The notes beneath the pieces are model-generated. The model was not told where the DNA came from. It saw nothing but the letters and a program-made list of their open reading frames with translations, and ran no database searches. 64,000 nt of DNA from the human T2T-CHM13v2.0 reference genome, Homo sapiens: the NCBI RefSeq assembly GCF_009914755.1, contig NC_060930.1. One strand, 5' to 3'. Both the position numbers and the translations under genes were made by a program. Of the stretch, positions 40,344 to 55,253 are shown piece after piece; the stretch's first letter is position 1, and each line of letters begins with the position of its first letter.

Positions 40344-40849
40344 TCAGAGGCTTCACATAAAATTCAAAGCTAGAATCCAGTTGACCTCAGCCCCCTACCT
40401 CCATCCAGGCCTCTTTCTCTTGGATCAAGCTGTTTTGGGGATAGGATCCCAGGAGACACACAATGTTCTCACAGATTCTTCTGCTCTGCCAATTCTTTAG
40501 TCCATTAACATAATTTTGTTAGTTACTGTATTTTCTTAAGTTATTTTTGGGAATTAAATAAATAAAATAATCTAAAACTATTCTGCCACCACATATAGAG
40601 AAGAAGATTAAACAAAATGCGAAATTCTGGATGAAAATTTATAGCTTCCAAAGGAAATTAATTTGCAAGGAGGTGTAATTTAAACTTAAAAGAGGGAAGG
40701 TATGAAGCCAAATCTATTTTCTTGAGGTCCACGTTGGGATAGAAATTATCTTAGTCTTTTACCATGAAAAGTGAATTTTTGAAACAAAATGACAATAACG
40801 GTAAGATTATACAATGTTTTTATATATGTGAGGTCATTGGATCTCCAGA

Positions 40850-41000
40850 TAACCTAATAGGCAAGTATTACTATTAACTTCACTATAGAAAAATGGAAGC
40901 TTAAATTCATGAATTGACATGCTCCTCATAACAGAACTAGTTATTTTCAATGCTTGAATTCGAACCCAGATATTGTAACTCCAAATCAGAATTCCAACTT
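40850..41000 (-). mobile_element. MIR fragment
   Basis: gaattcgaacccaga B-box-like motif followed by taactccaaa. Confidence 0.55.
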
Positions 41001-41114
41001 TCTTCTTCCTTATCAAGTATCCATAAAATATACTGCACAAATGCACATTTATTCACCTTTTATATAGTGAATGAATTTTTCTCTATTGTTTGCTGCTATA
41101 AAATGATTTTCTAT

Positions 41115-41290
41115 GAATTATTTTCATTTAATATTAGACCAGCCTCATGAATTAGACAACACAATTATTATAACTTCCATTTTACTAATAAAGAAATAGA
41201 GGATCAGAAAGATAAATTGACTTAATGAAGGTCACACAGTAGCTATGTGACAAAACATGGCTTCACCTTCTGTCTCTCACTCTAAATTCA
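41115..41290 (-). mobile_element. MIR fragment
   Basis: ccattttactaataaagaaatagaggatcagaaagataaattgacttaatgaaggtcacacag. Confidence 0.75.
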
Positions 41291-42535
41291 GCAGTTGGGA
41301 ATGCAGAGAAAGACAAGTTGCCTACCAACGGAAGCTCATATGCCTCCAAGAACTTTTATCTGATTCTGAGTTTTTAATAATATGTTGAACTTATAGCCTT
41401 CCAATACCAGAGTTCATTTCTCGCTTAGCAATTCTGCCAAGGAATTCCTTTAAACCGGTGATGACTGTCATTTAAAATGCAACCTTAGAGATGCCCAAGA
41501 TTCACCCAAGTTTGAAATAATGTCCAGACAATTACTCCAATAGTTAAATATTTGTTCCACAATGACTTAAACACAAATGTGAAATAGATAGACTAAACCA
41601 ACAACATTTGCTTAATCAGCACTTTTAAACTCTTTCCCTATACATGTTGTTTTGAGGATTAAAATCTGCTTTCCCCCTTTGAGGATTTATGCTATATAAT
41701 AGAGATGGCTGGAAGCCATTAAAACAAAACAATCTGTGTATCCTCAAGGCGGAATAAAAATGTAAGTTCATTTTAAGCATGACACTGTTATGAAGCTGGT
41801 GCCGTGCTTTTTTTGATTAATCTCCATGTGTATGTTCATTTTGTAAAATATGTTAGATGACAGTAGCTTTTCATTTAGCAAATTAATTTCACTCTAATTC
41901 AACAGGGATGAAAAAATAATAAAATCTTCCCTTTTTGTGAGACATTTAACCTTTTTTCCAAGAAAAGTATAATTTTATAAAATATGCAATACATATTCTA
42001 GTTTAAAAATTGAATTAGTTCTGCTTAAACAAGGTCTCTTGAATACTTGTAGATTTGTGGTAGCAATAATTTTATTGAAAACCATTCAGGTTTGAATTTT
42101 TAAAATATTTTTATGTATAGAAGAAATGATTTTAGAATTGCTTTAAAAATAACATGGAGAATCCAACAATGAAACGGAAAACTGTATAAATTTGCTTCAA
42201 GATGATGATGTTGATGTTGAGTTGGCAGCAGAGGGTGGGAGGTGAGATGAGGTGGCTGGGTGAAAAGAAAGCTGTTATTAAATTCTATGTCCCTGCTAGT
42301 TCCATTCCCCTAAGGAATTTTCAGAAATCTTGTTTCTAGTGCTGATACAAGTGCCAGACTACAGTTTCCACAGTATAAATTATCCTTGTTTTGTTAAAGC
42401 TTAAATTATTTTTATTAGCTGGTCACCTGGGATGTGAACAAGAGTCAAGTTAAAACTTTCAGATAAGCAAAGCAGCTGTTGCAATCAGCTCTTTCTTTGT
42501 CCTTTCTACTTCAGTCCATCTCCTGCCTTTCCCCC

Positions 42536-42595
42536 AATCTCTCTCTCCCTGCCTCCATCAGTCTCTCTCTCCCTGTCTCCATCAATCTCTCTCTC
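42536..42595. repeat. 24-bp tandem repeat, 2.5 copies
   Basis: aRtctctctctccctgYctccatc at 42536 and 42560, partial copy at 42584. Confidence 0.9.
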
Positions 42596-42969
42596 ATATC
42601 TCCTTTGCTCCATCAAGAAATAAAAATAAAGTGAAAGAACACATGAATTTTAAGAGATACCACGCAAGCTCAAACAGGTCCACTTCCTGTCATGAAGAGA
42701 TTCTGCATCTGAGAGATGCTAGGGCAAGTCTGTCTGAGGGTACAGCTGTCACACTTCTATTATATTAACCTCAAAAATTCAGCAGTGAAACCAAAAACTT
42801 TCTAGTGGTTCGACAAAAGAAAAATATAAAATTGTTCAAAAAGCATATTAAAGAAGTTGTATTCCATGTAGAAAAATCCAATTGTGAAAAATGAAAATTT
42901 ACTGGAGATATTTTGTTTTTCTAAGTAACATCTGCTAATTGTAGCAATTTGAAAAATGCCTAAAAACAA

Positions 42970-43440
42970 AAGGAAGAAAAAATGAAATCGTATACCATAC
43001 AAAGATAACTATAACTTTGGAATTTTTTCCAGTATGTTTGGAATGAATAGAGAGTGTATGTGTTCATCAAATATATATGTATGTATGTGTATATATGTAC
43101 GTATATATCATAAATATTATATTATAACAATTTTTATATTACATAATTATTCTTATGGTTCATAATACCTGTAGTATAAATTTTCATTCCATGATTTGAT
43201 TTATTTCAACATTTTCTATTTTTAATAATAAACAGTTTATATCCCTATATTTTTGTGCTTAATATTAAAATTAGATATATATTTTGTGCATAATATTTTG
43301 ATACTTCAGATCATTTCCTTAGTTACGTTTCTAGAAGTAGAAAAGATTGATTGCAGAGTATATTTTTTAACATGAGAAGATTTTGATTTTAAAGAAAATT
43401 CACATTGTAGCTATAAAGCATTCTATACCAACGTAGTTCT
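42970..43440 (-). mobile_element. Highly decayed L1ME/L1MC 3' fragment
   Basis: atttccttagttacgtttctagaagtagaa resembles antisense L1M; very AT-rich, edges uncertain. Confidence 0.4.
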
Positions 43441-43642
43441 GATAAGCTACTGCCCTACCACTTAGTGTGTGCAATAATTGGCTTTATCAAGTGGAATACT
43501 ACATATTAGAATGATAAACATTCCCAGAAACCCCTAGCAAATGTTTAATTATGAGCATTCTATCTTATGAAGAATATTTATACATTAGAGTGCAACATAA
43601 GAAATAAATGTTTAGATACCTACAAGCCATATAAAAAAGTAA

Positions 43643-44030
<388 letters not shown>

Positions 44031-44344
44031 GCTTCACATTATTTTTAAAGGGGCGCCAGAACCCACAAGTAAAACTACAGGGAAACTGCTCTGGTTCCTT
44101 TGGTGAAAACCTTTATATAATCAGCTGTCATCCAACCTGGAATGAGCTGTCTTTATAGACACAGGTCTTTTAAGCATATGTTCAATCTGCTCAATATATA
44201 AGGAGCTTCTGTCTTGTGTGGCAGGGTGGGCTAAGTGCATCTTTCTCAATATAAAATATATTGGTTCCATAATTTTAAATACATTTTAAATATTTCTGAA
44301 TGGCTTAAAAATACTTTTTGATTATAACTTTTCTTTTGATAATG

Positions 44345-44653
44345 TTTTTTGTTTGTTTTCTTTTTTGTTTTGAGATGGAGTCTCACTCTGTCGCCCAGGC
44401 TGGAGTGCAGTGACACAATCTCAGTTCATTGCAACCCCTGACTCCCGGGTTCAAGTTACCTTCCTGCCTCAGCGTCCCAAGTAGCTGGGATTACAGGTGC
44501 ATGCCACCACGCCTGGCTAATTTTTGTATTTTTAGTAGAGACGCGGTTTCACCATGTTGGCCAGGGTGGTCTCGACCTCCTGGCCTCAGGTGATCTGCCT
44601 GCCTCGGCTTCCCAAAGTGCTGCGATTACAGGCGTGAGCCACCACACCTGGCC
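44345..44653 (-). mobile_element. Alu (AluSx-like)
   Basis: Full antisense dimer with interrupted T-tail; degenerate TSD ttttgataatgttt / ttttggaaaatgttt. Confidence 0.97.
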
Positions 44654-47299
44654 TTTTTGGAAAATGTTTAATAATAAATTTGAAGGCTAGATATACAGGA
44701 TGAATCCATATATTAAAGGATCCCACATTTTTACTGTGGCCAATTTTGCCAACGCTCTTGCTTCTGTTCTTGTTAGACACCAAGAACATAATGGAAAAAA
44801 ATAGCCAAGGTTGTGATTTCTCAGCACATGAAATTCTGGAAATAAAATATGAAACTTTTTCCTCTGAGAGTATGGAATAAATATATTACCTTATGAAAGT
44901 GCTTTTGACAGTAACATTCTGAAGTTTCACTGAATATAAGTATAGCAGGTAAGCAAAATTAGGAGAGAAGCATTTATAATGAGGAAAAGATAAGAAATTT
45001 GCAATTATGTTGCACTGTCAAACTCCTACCTATAGAATGTTTATGTTCTTGGTGTAGGATACATTTGGTCATAAAAGCTTCCATAATCCTAAAGACTGAC
45101 CTTCTAGTTGGAATTACAAGGTGCAATTACTACTAAACCCACTTGCTGGGGCAAATCAACAAAAGAGAGCTAGCCAAACATTTTCTTCTTGCATTCCTAA
45201 AATAGTTTGAGGTAACCTCTCGAGATCCAGTATCTGATTCTTCAGACTATCTTGGGAGAAAGAAAAGGAAGTCAGAACAAAGTCATGCATATTCTGATAC
45301 AAAAATAAATAAACATGGTTTTAAAAGTAAAAAAAAAAAAAAGATGATGGACAAGAACAAACATCCCCTTAGAAAGATAATGTGTTTGGTCTTAAAAACT
45401 TTAAGGCAACAAGGGATTTTATATTAAGATGTGACAAATTCCTCACAGATGGGAAAAGATATAAAATGCTGCTTTGTAAGCATTCATTTTAACCAGAAAT
45501 GATTTTCTCATACAATGGCAATACACTGTGTGGCGAATGATAAAATAAATAGATAGCTACTGAGGAATATTCTGCTGCATTCATGTAGAGGCCAAAGCCA
45601 CCAGCATAATCTCTACCCAGCTGAAACAAAATCTTTTGGTTTCAGAATGGCCACACAGATAGATTTTATCCATTTGCTTGTGGGAAGAAGTGTCCTTACT
45701 CTGCTGACATGTTCTAGAGATATGGCATATGGGAACATGAGAACTCACCTAAACAGCTCTGTTCATCTTCTTCCTAGCCTGCAGCTGCCCTGGATTCTTC
45801 AGTTTTCCATACCCTATGCTCCCCGCCGAGCACTTCTGCAAAGTCCCTCACTCATTCTTTCTGCCATGCCTAAATAGGTGACTGGCACTGGCTCTATTAT
45901 GTTTTCTTTTGTGTCCTTCCTTGCATGCAATCTCAGTAGCACACCTAATTTTATTTTCCTGCTCATTGTCAGATCACTGAGCATCACAGGAGGGCAGAGG
46001 ATATCATTCAGAATTACGGATAAATAAATGAGAAAAAATTTTGGTTCTCAAAATATTTGAGAATAAGCTGCAAGAAGAAAGTAAATTACCTACATTTCAA
46101 GGATTATTCACTCTGTAAGGGTATGAGGTTCCATTTAGTGCAGTTTGCTAAGCACTAGTTCAGAGACCAACCTCAGCCAATGATTCCATTGTTATTCTTC
46201 CACAAGAAGGCATATTAAGTTTATTACCAAGTAATTCTAAAAATGATGCTTTTTATCACTGGTAGCAATTATGATTGCATTTTCCATATCCTTATTTTGT
46301 GCAAATGGGATATCACACATAAGAGCTGTACTCATACTGCTCAGTTTGTCTTCAGTCCTTAATCCCCATCCTCAGATAAAAGATATCACTGCTCGAGTGT
46401 GGAACCCCAGGCCAGGAAGAAAATGTGATGCCTCAAAACTCAAGGTGTGAACAGGACTCAAATACTGGGAGAACGGGAACTAGAAGAGTATCAGCAAGAT
46501 TGGGGGAAGAGATGGAGACAGAATTCATGACAAAAATCTAATTGTTGGAGGGAGAAAAAAATTGGGTGATTCAAAAGATGAATATTATGAAAAAGTAAGA
46601 TTAATTTTAGAAATCTGAATAACTTCATTATTCTGTAAAAAATATATATGTGAACACACTGTCAAGTTTTCTTATGTTTCTAACATGTAGTATTTTGAAA
46701 ACAGCAGCAATACACCAGTAAATCTCTTCTAGCATGTAAGAAATCAATGGTTTGAGAGTTAACTTACTTTCACAACACAAGGTATGCATTCACTTCTTAC
46801 TGGCAGGAACGGGTTACATTTAAAAAATTGCACAAACCAGCCATATACACGTATGTTGCATTCAAAGCAACATTCAACCTGCTTAAAATCAGATTCCACT
46901 TTGTTATTAATCTCTCCTCTTCTTTCCCTACCCCAAACCCTCTGCTTGGCCAGCTGTATGCCATATTGAATCAACTTGTATTGAAATACTCATGTATTCT
47001 GTGAGTCTGCTGCAAAATTCCTGTAGGTATTTTAACTTGGATTTTGTTTATATATGGAACTCACATATGGCTATGTCTCTGGAAAATGCTATGTCTAATC
47101 CTCTGGCAATGTACTTATTTGGAGATAAGCCCTGAAACCTAGAAAATGGCACTCAATAAACTCACGTCTCTCACTTTTGTTCTAGTAGAAATAAACTGCC
47201 CCATATTACTAGATAAATATCATCTTGCATGCCAATGGTTTAACTATTTTAATGCTTATTGTCTAATATCTTTTCAAGAATGCAATCCTTGAAATGCTT

Positions 47300-47505
47300 T
47301 CTGACTCATTTGGCTGTGTTGGCCCACTGCAGGAGTATTTACTTCTATCACAGCAGATATTATACTACATTCTAATTATTTATCTTATGTCTTTGGTTCT
47401 TATTGAACTGTAAGCAACATGAGAGCAGGGACTATACTTTGTTTTTGTATCCACAATGCTTGGCTTTTAAGAGTGATATGGACATGATGTTTGTTGGGTG
47501 AATAT
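47300..47505 (+). mobile_element. LINE-2 3' end fragment
   Basis: actgtaagcaacatgagagcagggactat...tttgtatccaca...atgtttgttgggtgaat. Confidence 0.7.
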
Positions 47506-49124
47506 ATGTACACTGAATATGTATGCATGGAAAATCTTTTAGATTCAATCTTTGAGATTCAATATTATAATTACCAAAAAGGTAAGAATGCAAAGTCACA
47601 GCCAATCAAAGGCTAGAAGGGAGCTACAGATTATTTTTCAGTCAAACACAAATCTTTGCTGTCCCTCTAGGAGCATGAAAATTAACAATAAATTTTATAA
47701 CATTTATGTTATAAAATAGTAAAATTCTCTGGTTAGAATTTCTCCCATCTGCTGAACCACTTTTCTGATGTTTGAGGTATTTGACACTTCGTAGCCAGAT
47801 AAAATTGTTAACAATAAGCAGAATCAATATATATTTTAATTAAGATGCAATGGAACATTTCGTGTAAAAATGAAAACATTAGTTTAAACTGGAACATAAA
47901 TTTTAAGTGATTGTTTTATAGAGATATACTCAGTTTATACATTAAAAATAATCCAATTCTAAATTGAAATACGCTGGAGATACATTAAATCTAATTGTAA
48001 CTATTATTCTCCTAAGACTACATACTACATTTTGCCAATCTAGACTCAAAATGAAGAAATAAAGAATGAATAACCTGGGATTGCTTAGCTCTGTCACATT
48101 TTCTCTCCTTTGTCACTGGGGGTATAACAATCAAACTTTGGCCTTGAAAACTGTCTCAACACAAAGTAGAGCAATATGCACGCAAAACATGAAGGTAAAT
48201 TTAGTCTTTTCCAAGATCTGATAATTTCTCTTTAATAAAATTGAAGGGATAAATTCTGAGCTAATCACCAAATATCTTGTTTTCTTTAATGATCTTAAAT
48301 GAACTTTATGCAGCCTCTCTCTGTGCATGACATTCTGCAGTACCAAATCAGATTACCAGATGTATGGTTCAAGAATTACTACAGAATATTTACAACACAT
48401 ATTGATGTATGTTAAACCAATAATCAATTGAATCCTTAATAGCTCGAAATAACCTTCTCCCAAAGAACAAACATAACATGTATTTATTACTACTGACATT
48501 TTCATTTGTATTTTATTGATAAATTTGACTTTCTATATGTAAAAATTGACTAATAGGTGTTTTTTTTTTTCAATCTCATTGAGTGGAAAAATTTCCACTT
48601 TGCTGCTAATGTTTAGAGGTGACTTAGAACTCTGTATTGTGCCAAAAGAAGGTTGGGGAGCTGCTATTTCTAGTAAGATAAATATATTAATATATCCACA
48701 ACTTTTCCCCACATTAAAATTACAATCTATCCAACACTATAAAATGAACTTGACTTCTTTTGGTACTCTATTGGTATTTTAATTTCTCATGGAACTTTTT
48801 ATATCATTGTAGATTCCTGCCAAATGAATTATGTCAAAATTTGCAAAAGCAGCCTGTAAACAAGATTTGATGCAATAAAACTTTAGGGCAGAAAAAAACT
48901 GACCCAAGGAGAATAAAAATTGTATATTTCATTTTAATTTATTTTTAATAAGATTCTCCATATTAAGATCTCATAGAATTCTATTTCCTAATTGGTATCT
49001 ATGGTAGGTCCTGTTAGTGACTTAGTCAAACCATTCTAATTCCTTCTCCCACACATGTGCATACCTTGTTAACAGTGCCCTTTTATTTAGATATGGATCT
49101 GTTAACAGCGTGTTCTGGAAAGGT

Positions 49125-49520
49125 AAGCCCCTCCTTGTTTTCAGTAGGTAAATCATGTTTGGTCTCAACCAGTCATTAAAAAAACACATTCTCTTTCCCA
49201 TGAATAAGCTAGGGGTAGTCATATGATTCCATTCTTAAAATAAAATATAAAATGTTTTGCAGGGCTCTAAGGGTATCAGGGAAGATTTACTGCCTTGATA
49301 AATGAGAGAATATCTGGGAAACTGGCCCTTTTTCTGCCTATTTTATTTCTTCCTATTGTGTAGCCAGGATACTTAGAAAGGCAGTATAAACTTGTGATCA
49401 TGAATTGAAAATTTACAGGAAGGACAAACAGCCAACATGCCAAGAAAGGTAAAAGGAAAGAATGGAAAAAGCCCGAGTCACTGTATTGGCTTTGGAACTG
49501 CCTGATTTCAGAATCCTTCC
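49125..49520 (+). mobile_element. MaLR LTR fragment (MLT1J/K type)
   Basis: cttgtgatcatga...gccaacatgccaagaaagg...aaagaatggaaaaagcccgagtc; edges approximate. Confidence 0.6.
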
Positions 49521-52500
49521 CCACCCTCACTCCCCAAATAACCTATTATCTGCAAGTAAACACACTATGATACAAAATTTATATTAAGTTTTAGAAATTA
49601 AAAGTTGAGACAGGAAAATACATTCAATCTCATTCTTTTGGTTGAAAATGAAGACTAATTGCCTTTTGTTGTCATCAGGGACATGGCTGATTATTGCTTG
49701 AGTTGATGACAAGAGCTATCAAGTTACTCCAATTATTAGCTGCCCTCAAACTAGGCAATCCTGAAGTCGAGATGCAACATCAGGCAACTTCATAGTTGAA
49801 ACCCATGTGCTGCTCCATGACCTTGCTGTCCTCTTGTCATATAATAAAAACACAATTTTAGTGCATAAGTCAGCAAGAAGTTAAGGTGAATTTGCTTTAA
49901 TATATCTTTCTCTATCAAATAACTCAAGAAACAGCTCCAGCAACTTAGTTGCAAAGTTAATGATGGTATAAATTATATTGAGGTAAATGTCTAGACGAAA
50001 GGATGTTTAGTTCTTGTCTTTCTCTTTTGGAGCTCTCAGATTTGTTGAATCCATAGTGAGAAATGCCTCAGCGTTCTTCAGTTTTCCTCTGGCACAATGT
50101 GTGGTTGAATAAATGCTAATATATGAACATTCATAGTGAGCTAAGAAGACAATTTTTTTCATTTAAAGCTTCATTTGTTTCCAATATTCGCTAAACCACT
50201 TAAAAATAATTTTCAATTATTGTATGTAAAATATTAAGCTAGTTTTCTTAAACTCAAAGTTAGTTTACAGATGTTCTCAAATATTTTGTTGTGTTATTCA
50301 CAAGTATGGAATATTAGGATTATTCCTAAATAAATTATTTTTGTAAATATAGGTGTTATAGCCAAACCAAATATATAGATATTCTGGAAATATCTATGTG
50401 GGTTTTCTGATTTTGCATTTAATCTTGTTTGGCCTTGGACAGAAGTGCTAGAAGAATGAAGATTATAGTTGGGACTCTAAGATCTCACATAAAACAAAAA
50501 TACTCCTACTTTTTAGATTGAAATTATACTCACATGGTTAAGTTTGGTCTTTTGCTGAAAGGATAAATATGTATGTCTAATACCATATTTTTGTGAGATA
50601 GTATTTATAAAAATGCAGAGGCAAAACTGAATATGAAGATAAGTGACAACAAGGAAAAATGAGTGACAGGGGCCTTTTCCCTGCCAGAGCTTCCTGTTCC
50701 GTGGAGTCTTTCTTGGATTCTGACCGAGCATTCAACATGCCACCGTCTCTTTCTTTAGGACTCAAGCTATTGTCTAGGTTCTACTGTGATGCCATGCTAT
50801 GCTCTTCATAAAAAGTAACCTCCAGAACCTCAAACCACATAGAAATAAGTTTCAAGTCATTGTAGGTAGGTGATAAACAATAACAAATATCAAACAAGGA
50901 AAAAAAGACTTAAGAGCAGAGGAATACATTTACTTCTGATTTTGAAGTTCAGTAAATAATCTTGCTATTGCTTACATAAACCAATCTTCAATTCAAACTC
51001 AGCCCGACATAATTGGTGGAAATAAGAATGTACCAATCCAATGTTTGGCTGCTGCACAATGGTTTGGGAAATGAGCTATAAAACCGCTAAGATTCTGTAA
51101 AATCAAAATGTATTAGAATATAGAAGGAATTGACATCCACGGCCCATGTTCCCATCGTCAAGTGTTTGTCCTTTGGTTACACCCTTATTTACTAGCTCTT
51201 CTGTGGACCTATGTATGTCTCCCCAGGTTGGGAGTACCTGGAAGACAGGAGACATCTTTTTCCCTTAAATATTTACTTTCTTGAAAAACCTAACCTAATT
51301 GTTTGTAGTAATTACCAGTGATTTTTTAAAAATCCCACATTCAGGTACTTTTTTTCAACTATCATTTCTTTATTATTTGAACTTGTACTATAATTCCTAC
51401 AGCCAGTTTTTCCACCATGGAAATTTTTAAGATTCCTAAATTCTAAGGTTTCTAAGTTTTGGTCCTGAAGGTGATTTTAGGACCATTCAGGGACAGGATT
51501 TTTCTTTTCCATATGCAGTCAAGGGATTCCCACTCTCTGGGAATCCTCTAACTTGTAAGATTTAGCTAAAAAGGTCACAGGCCTGGATTTTCATATCATC
51601 TAATCACATACTACTTAGAAATTCTCACAAATCAAAATTTTCCTAACAACCACTGGGACCCTGAAATGTATTATGGGTTGTTTTTTCCTTATTGTGGATA
51701 TTTAGATGGTCTCTAAGATATAAAGCAAACCATACGTATTGCACCATTTCTACATTAAAGCTGCATCTTTGTAGGACACAGGCGGTGTATTTAACCAATG
51801 ATATACCTGATTGCGTTCCAAGCCAAACAACATAGCCTTTTTATTTTTGCCCATGCCGCAGGCTATCTGAAAGTATTAGAGTTAATGTGCAATCAGGTAA
51901 CTAAACCCATATTACATATCTGTAATTTTCATCCAGTAGAAAGAAAATATTATATTACAAGCCTCCATAATTGCATTCAAATGTAATCAAATACAAAAGT
52001 TTAAGATCCCAAATCCTTTGAGTTACAAGATCTCTTTTTCTATACATATAACCAACCTTATAGCTGCAAAATGAAATTGAAATAATTCTCTAGGCATTTT
52101 TAAAAAATAACAAGATTCACTCGTTATTTTTAAACTTGTTATTTTAAAAAATAACAAGAGCCCCAGGCTCTGATTCTTTTATAGCACTGTCGGCAGCAGC
52201 CATTTATCTGCTCAGGCAACAAAGGCCTAGACAAAGATAGGACTAGAAAAATAGCCCTCTGGAACTAAAGAAAGTTTCTTCAATTGGGGGTGTTGGGTGA
52301 AAACCAATACTTTAATAAACAGAAGTTATATACGTTTTGATCTCTGAACCAAGAACGCAAGACTAGAGGGTTCTTGCATAGCGTCAAAATTGAGGGAATC
52401 TGATTTAAAAGAACAGTCTTAGAAAGGAAACTCATCAAAACTATGAGTCAAGCTTTGAAAATGTAAAGTACATTAAGCTAACAATAACTACGTATTTACT

Positions 52501-53200
52501 ATGGCTTTCTTCCTTTCTTCCTTTATTAGTTTTATTTTATTTTTTTAAATCATGGAGGAAATACAGAACCACTTGAAACACAGGAATGGTATGTGAGGGT
52601 AGATGTTACTAACCAATGCTAAGTGCATCTATTTCACTCTATTCTAAACTAGCCAAAGGAAAACAGACTTTGAGTGTGTAAAGGGGTTGGAGATACTGGG
52701 TACACTAAAATGCTACAAAACTACTTGGCCAAAAGTTTTCTTTTTTCAAAATCTAGGTAATCAAATTCCATGAATTAGAGAATTATTTGTTAAAAATTTC
52801 TACCTTTAAAATACAAATGCTATTTTCATGCTATGATTTCCTACTATAAGACTTGATATCAGTGACCCTTTTCCCTAAGAACAATTACAAAGACTGGACA
52901 ACACACACAACAAGCATTCGGGAGAGTCCATGGCATCCATGGGGGAAAACAACTGATCTGGTTTCTTCAAAAAGTCAACATTATGGGAAAAAAAAGTAAG
53001 AAAGGTTATAGTATGGTAAAAGAGACATGAAAACTAAATGCAATATAAGAATATTGATTGTATGCCAATTCTAAAAATAGCCATCAGATATCTTGAGGAC
53101 AGGTGGGAAAATCTGAATATTGACCAATTGTATATTATATTAGAGAAATAATGTTAACTTTTGTAGACATGATAATGTGGTTAGGCAGGAGAATATCTTT

Positions 53201-54144
<944 letters not shown>

Positions 54145-55089
54145 GCAGGAAACTATCTTTATTCTTAGGAAATGAAGTAGTTAGGGGTGATATCTCAATA
54201 TGGCTGCATCTTACTTTCAAATGGTTCAGCAGAGAATAATAGAAAAAAGACAGAAGGAAAAAAGAATGGAAGAAGGGGAAGGAAGTAGTGAAGGAAGAAG
54301 GGGAGAGAGAGAAAAAAATAGAATAGTGTAGAATCATGATGGTAGTTATGAGAGTATATTTTATATTACATATTCTTCCTTATGTTTTAAATGTTTGAAA
54401 TTTTTCATGATGAGAATTTGAGAAAAAAATAATTCTTGTAAGTCTGGTACAGAACAACTGCTATCTTCAAGAAGACGTTGCCCTTGTCTGCAAGGAGAGA
54501 GTTTATTAGGGAAAACAAACCTCAAATCAAAATTAAATCGATTCCTCCAAGTATTTTTTTAGAACGCCCCCAGGTGTAATAAACACTACAGATAGCCATG
54601 TACTCAACAGAAACAGCTCTCACTTTTGCTCATAGAGTATTAGAGCAGGAGAATGAGAAGGAAGGTTAACTTTTCGTCTATTCATTTCTGAACTAACTTT
54701 ATAAAATTGACTCCAATATTCCTTTTTCAATCCCGAGCTTTTAAGGGTCAAATAGGTGTATATTTCTACAAACATATAAACATGTTCTCTAGAGAAGTTA
54801 GAAAACAGTAGCTTTCCCTCTTACTAAAGTTCATGTGCTTTTTATGAAATCACCTGAAAATAAGTCTCTTTATTTTCTTGTTTCAAGTATTATTATAAGA
54901 ACAAAAAGATTGCATAACAAATTAAGATCCTCCTTTACTTTCTGTCACTAGACTGTTTCAAGAGATACATACTGTAAAATTTGAGCGGGTTGATAAAACT
55001 AATCAGTTCTAGCAATTATGATTTTTTTATTCTTAGACTTTGATTTTTTGTTTCCCAGGGGAAAGGCTCAGATGACTTTCAATCCCTAA

Positions 55090-55253
55090 GGACCAAGTTC
55101 AACCATCAGTTATCCATGCATGGCTCCCATTGGCTTCAGTGATTCCCACTGCCTCCCATGGAAGAAAGCCAGATTGTACTTGAGGACATGTGCGTGCAGC
55201 TCTATTTGAAGTTAGTGGAGATCACATATGTATTCTAGGGCAGAACTTGGCCC
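55090..55253. mobile_element. Ancient palindromic repeat, MER135-like
   Basis: Inverted ends ggaccaagttc / gaacttggccc; internal ctcccattggcttcagtg and tttgaagttagtggag...agggcagaacttggccc resemble the recalled GGGCCAAATTCTGCCCTC...CTCCCATTGAAGTCAATGGGAG consensus. Confidence 0.5.

Noticed and set aside
45300-45345. AATAAA followed by A14, suggesting a retrocopy end
   Set aside because: No matching TSD or mRNA-like body found upstream
47543-47581. 39-nt open plus-strand exon candidate (IQSLRFNIIITKK) with AAG|GTAAGA donor
   Set aside because: Weak acceptor, abuts an L2 3' end and includes a small local duplication; likely chance
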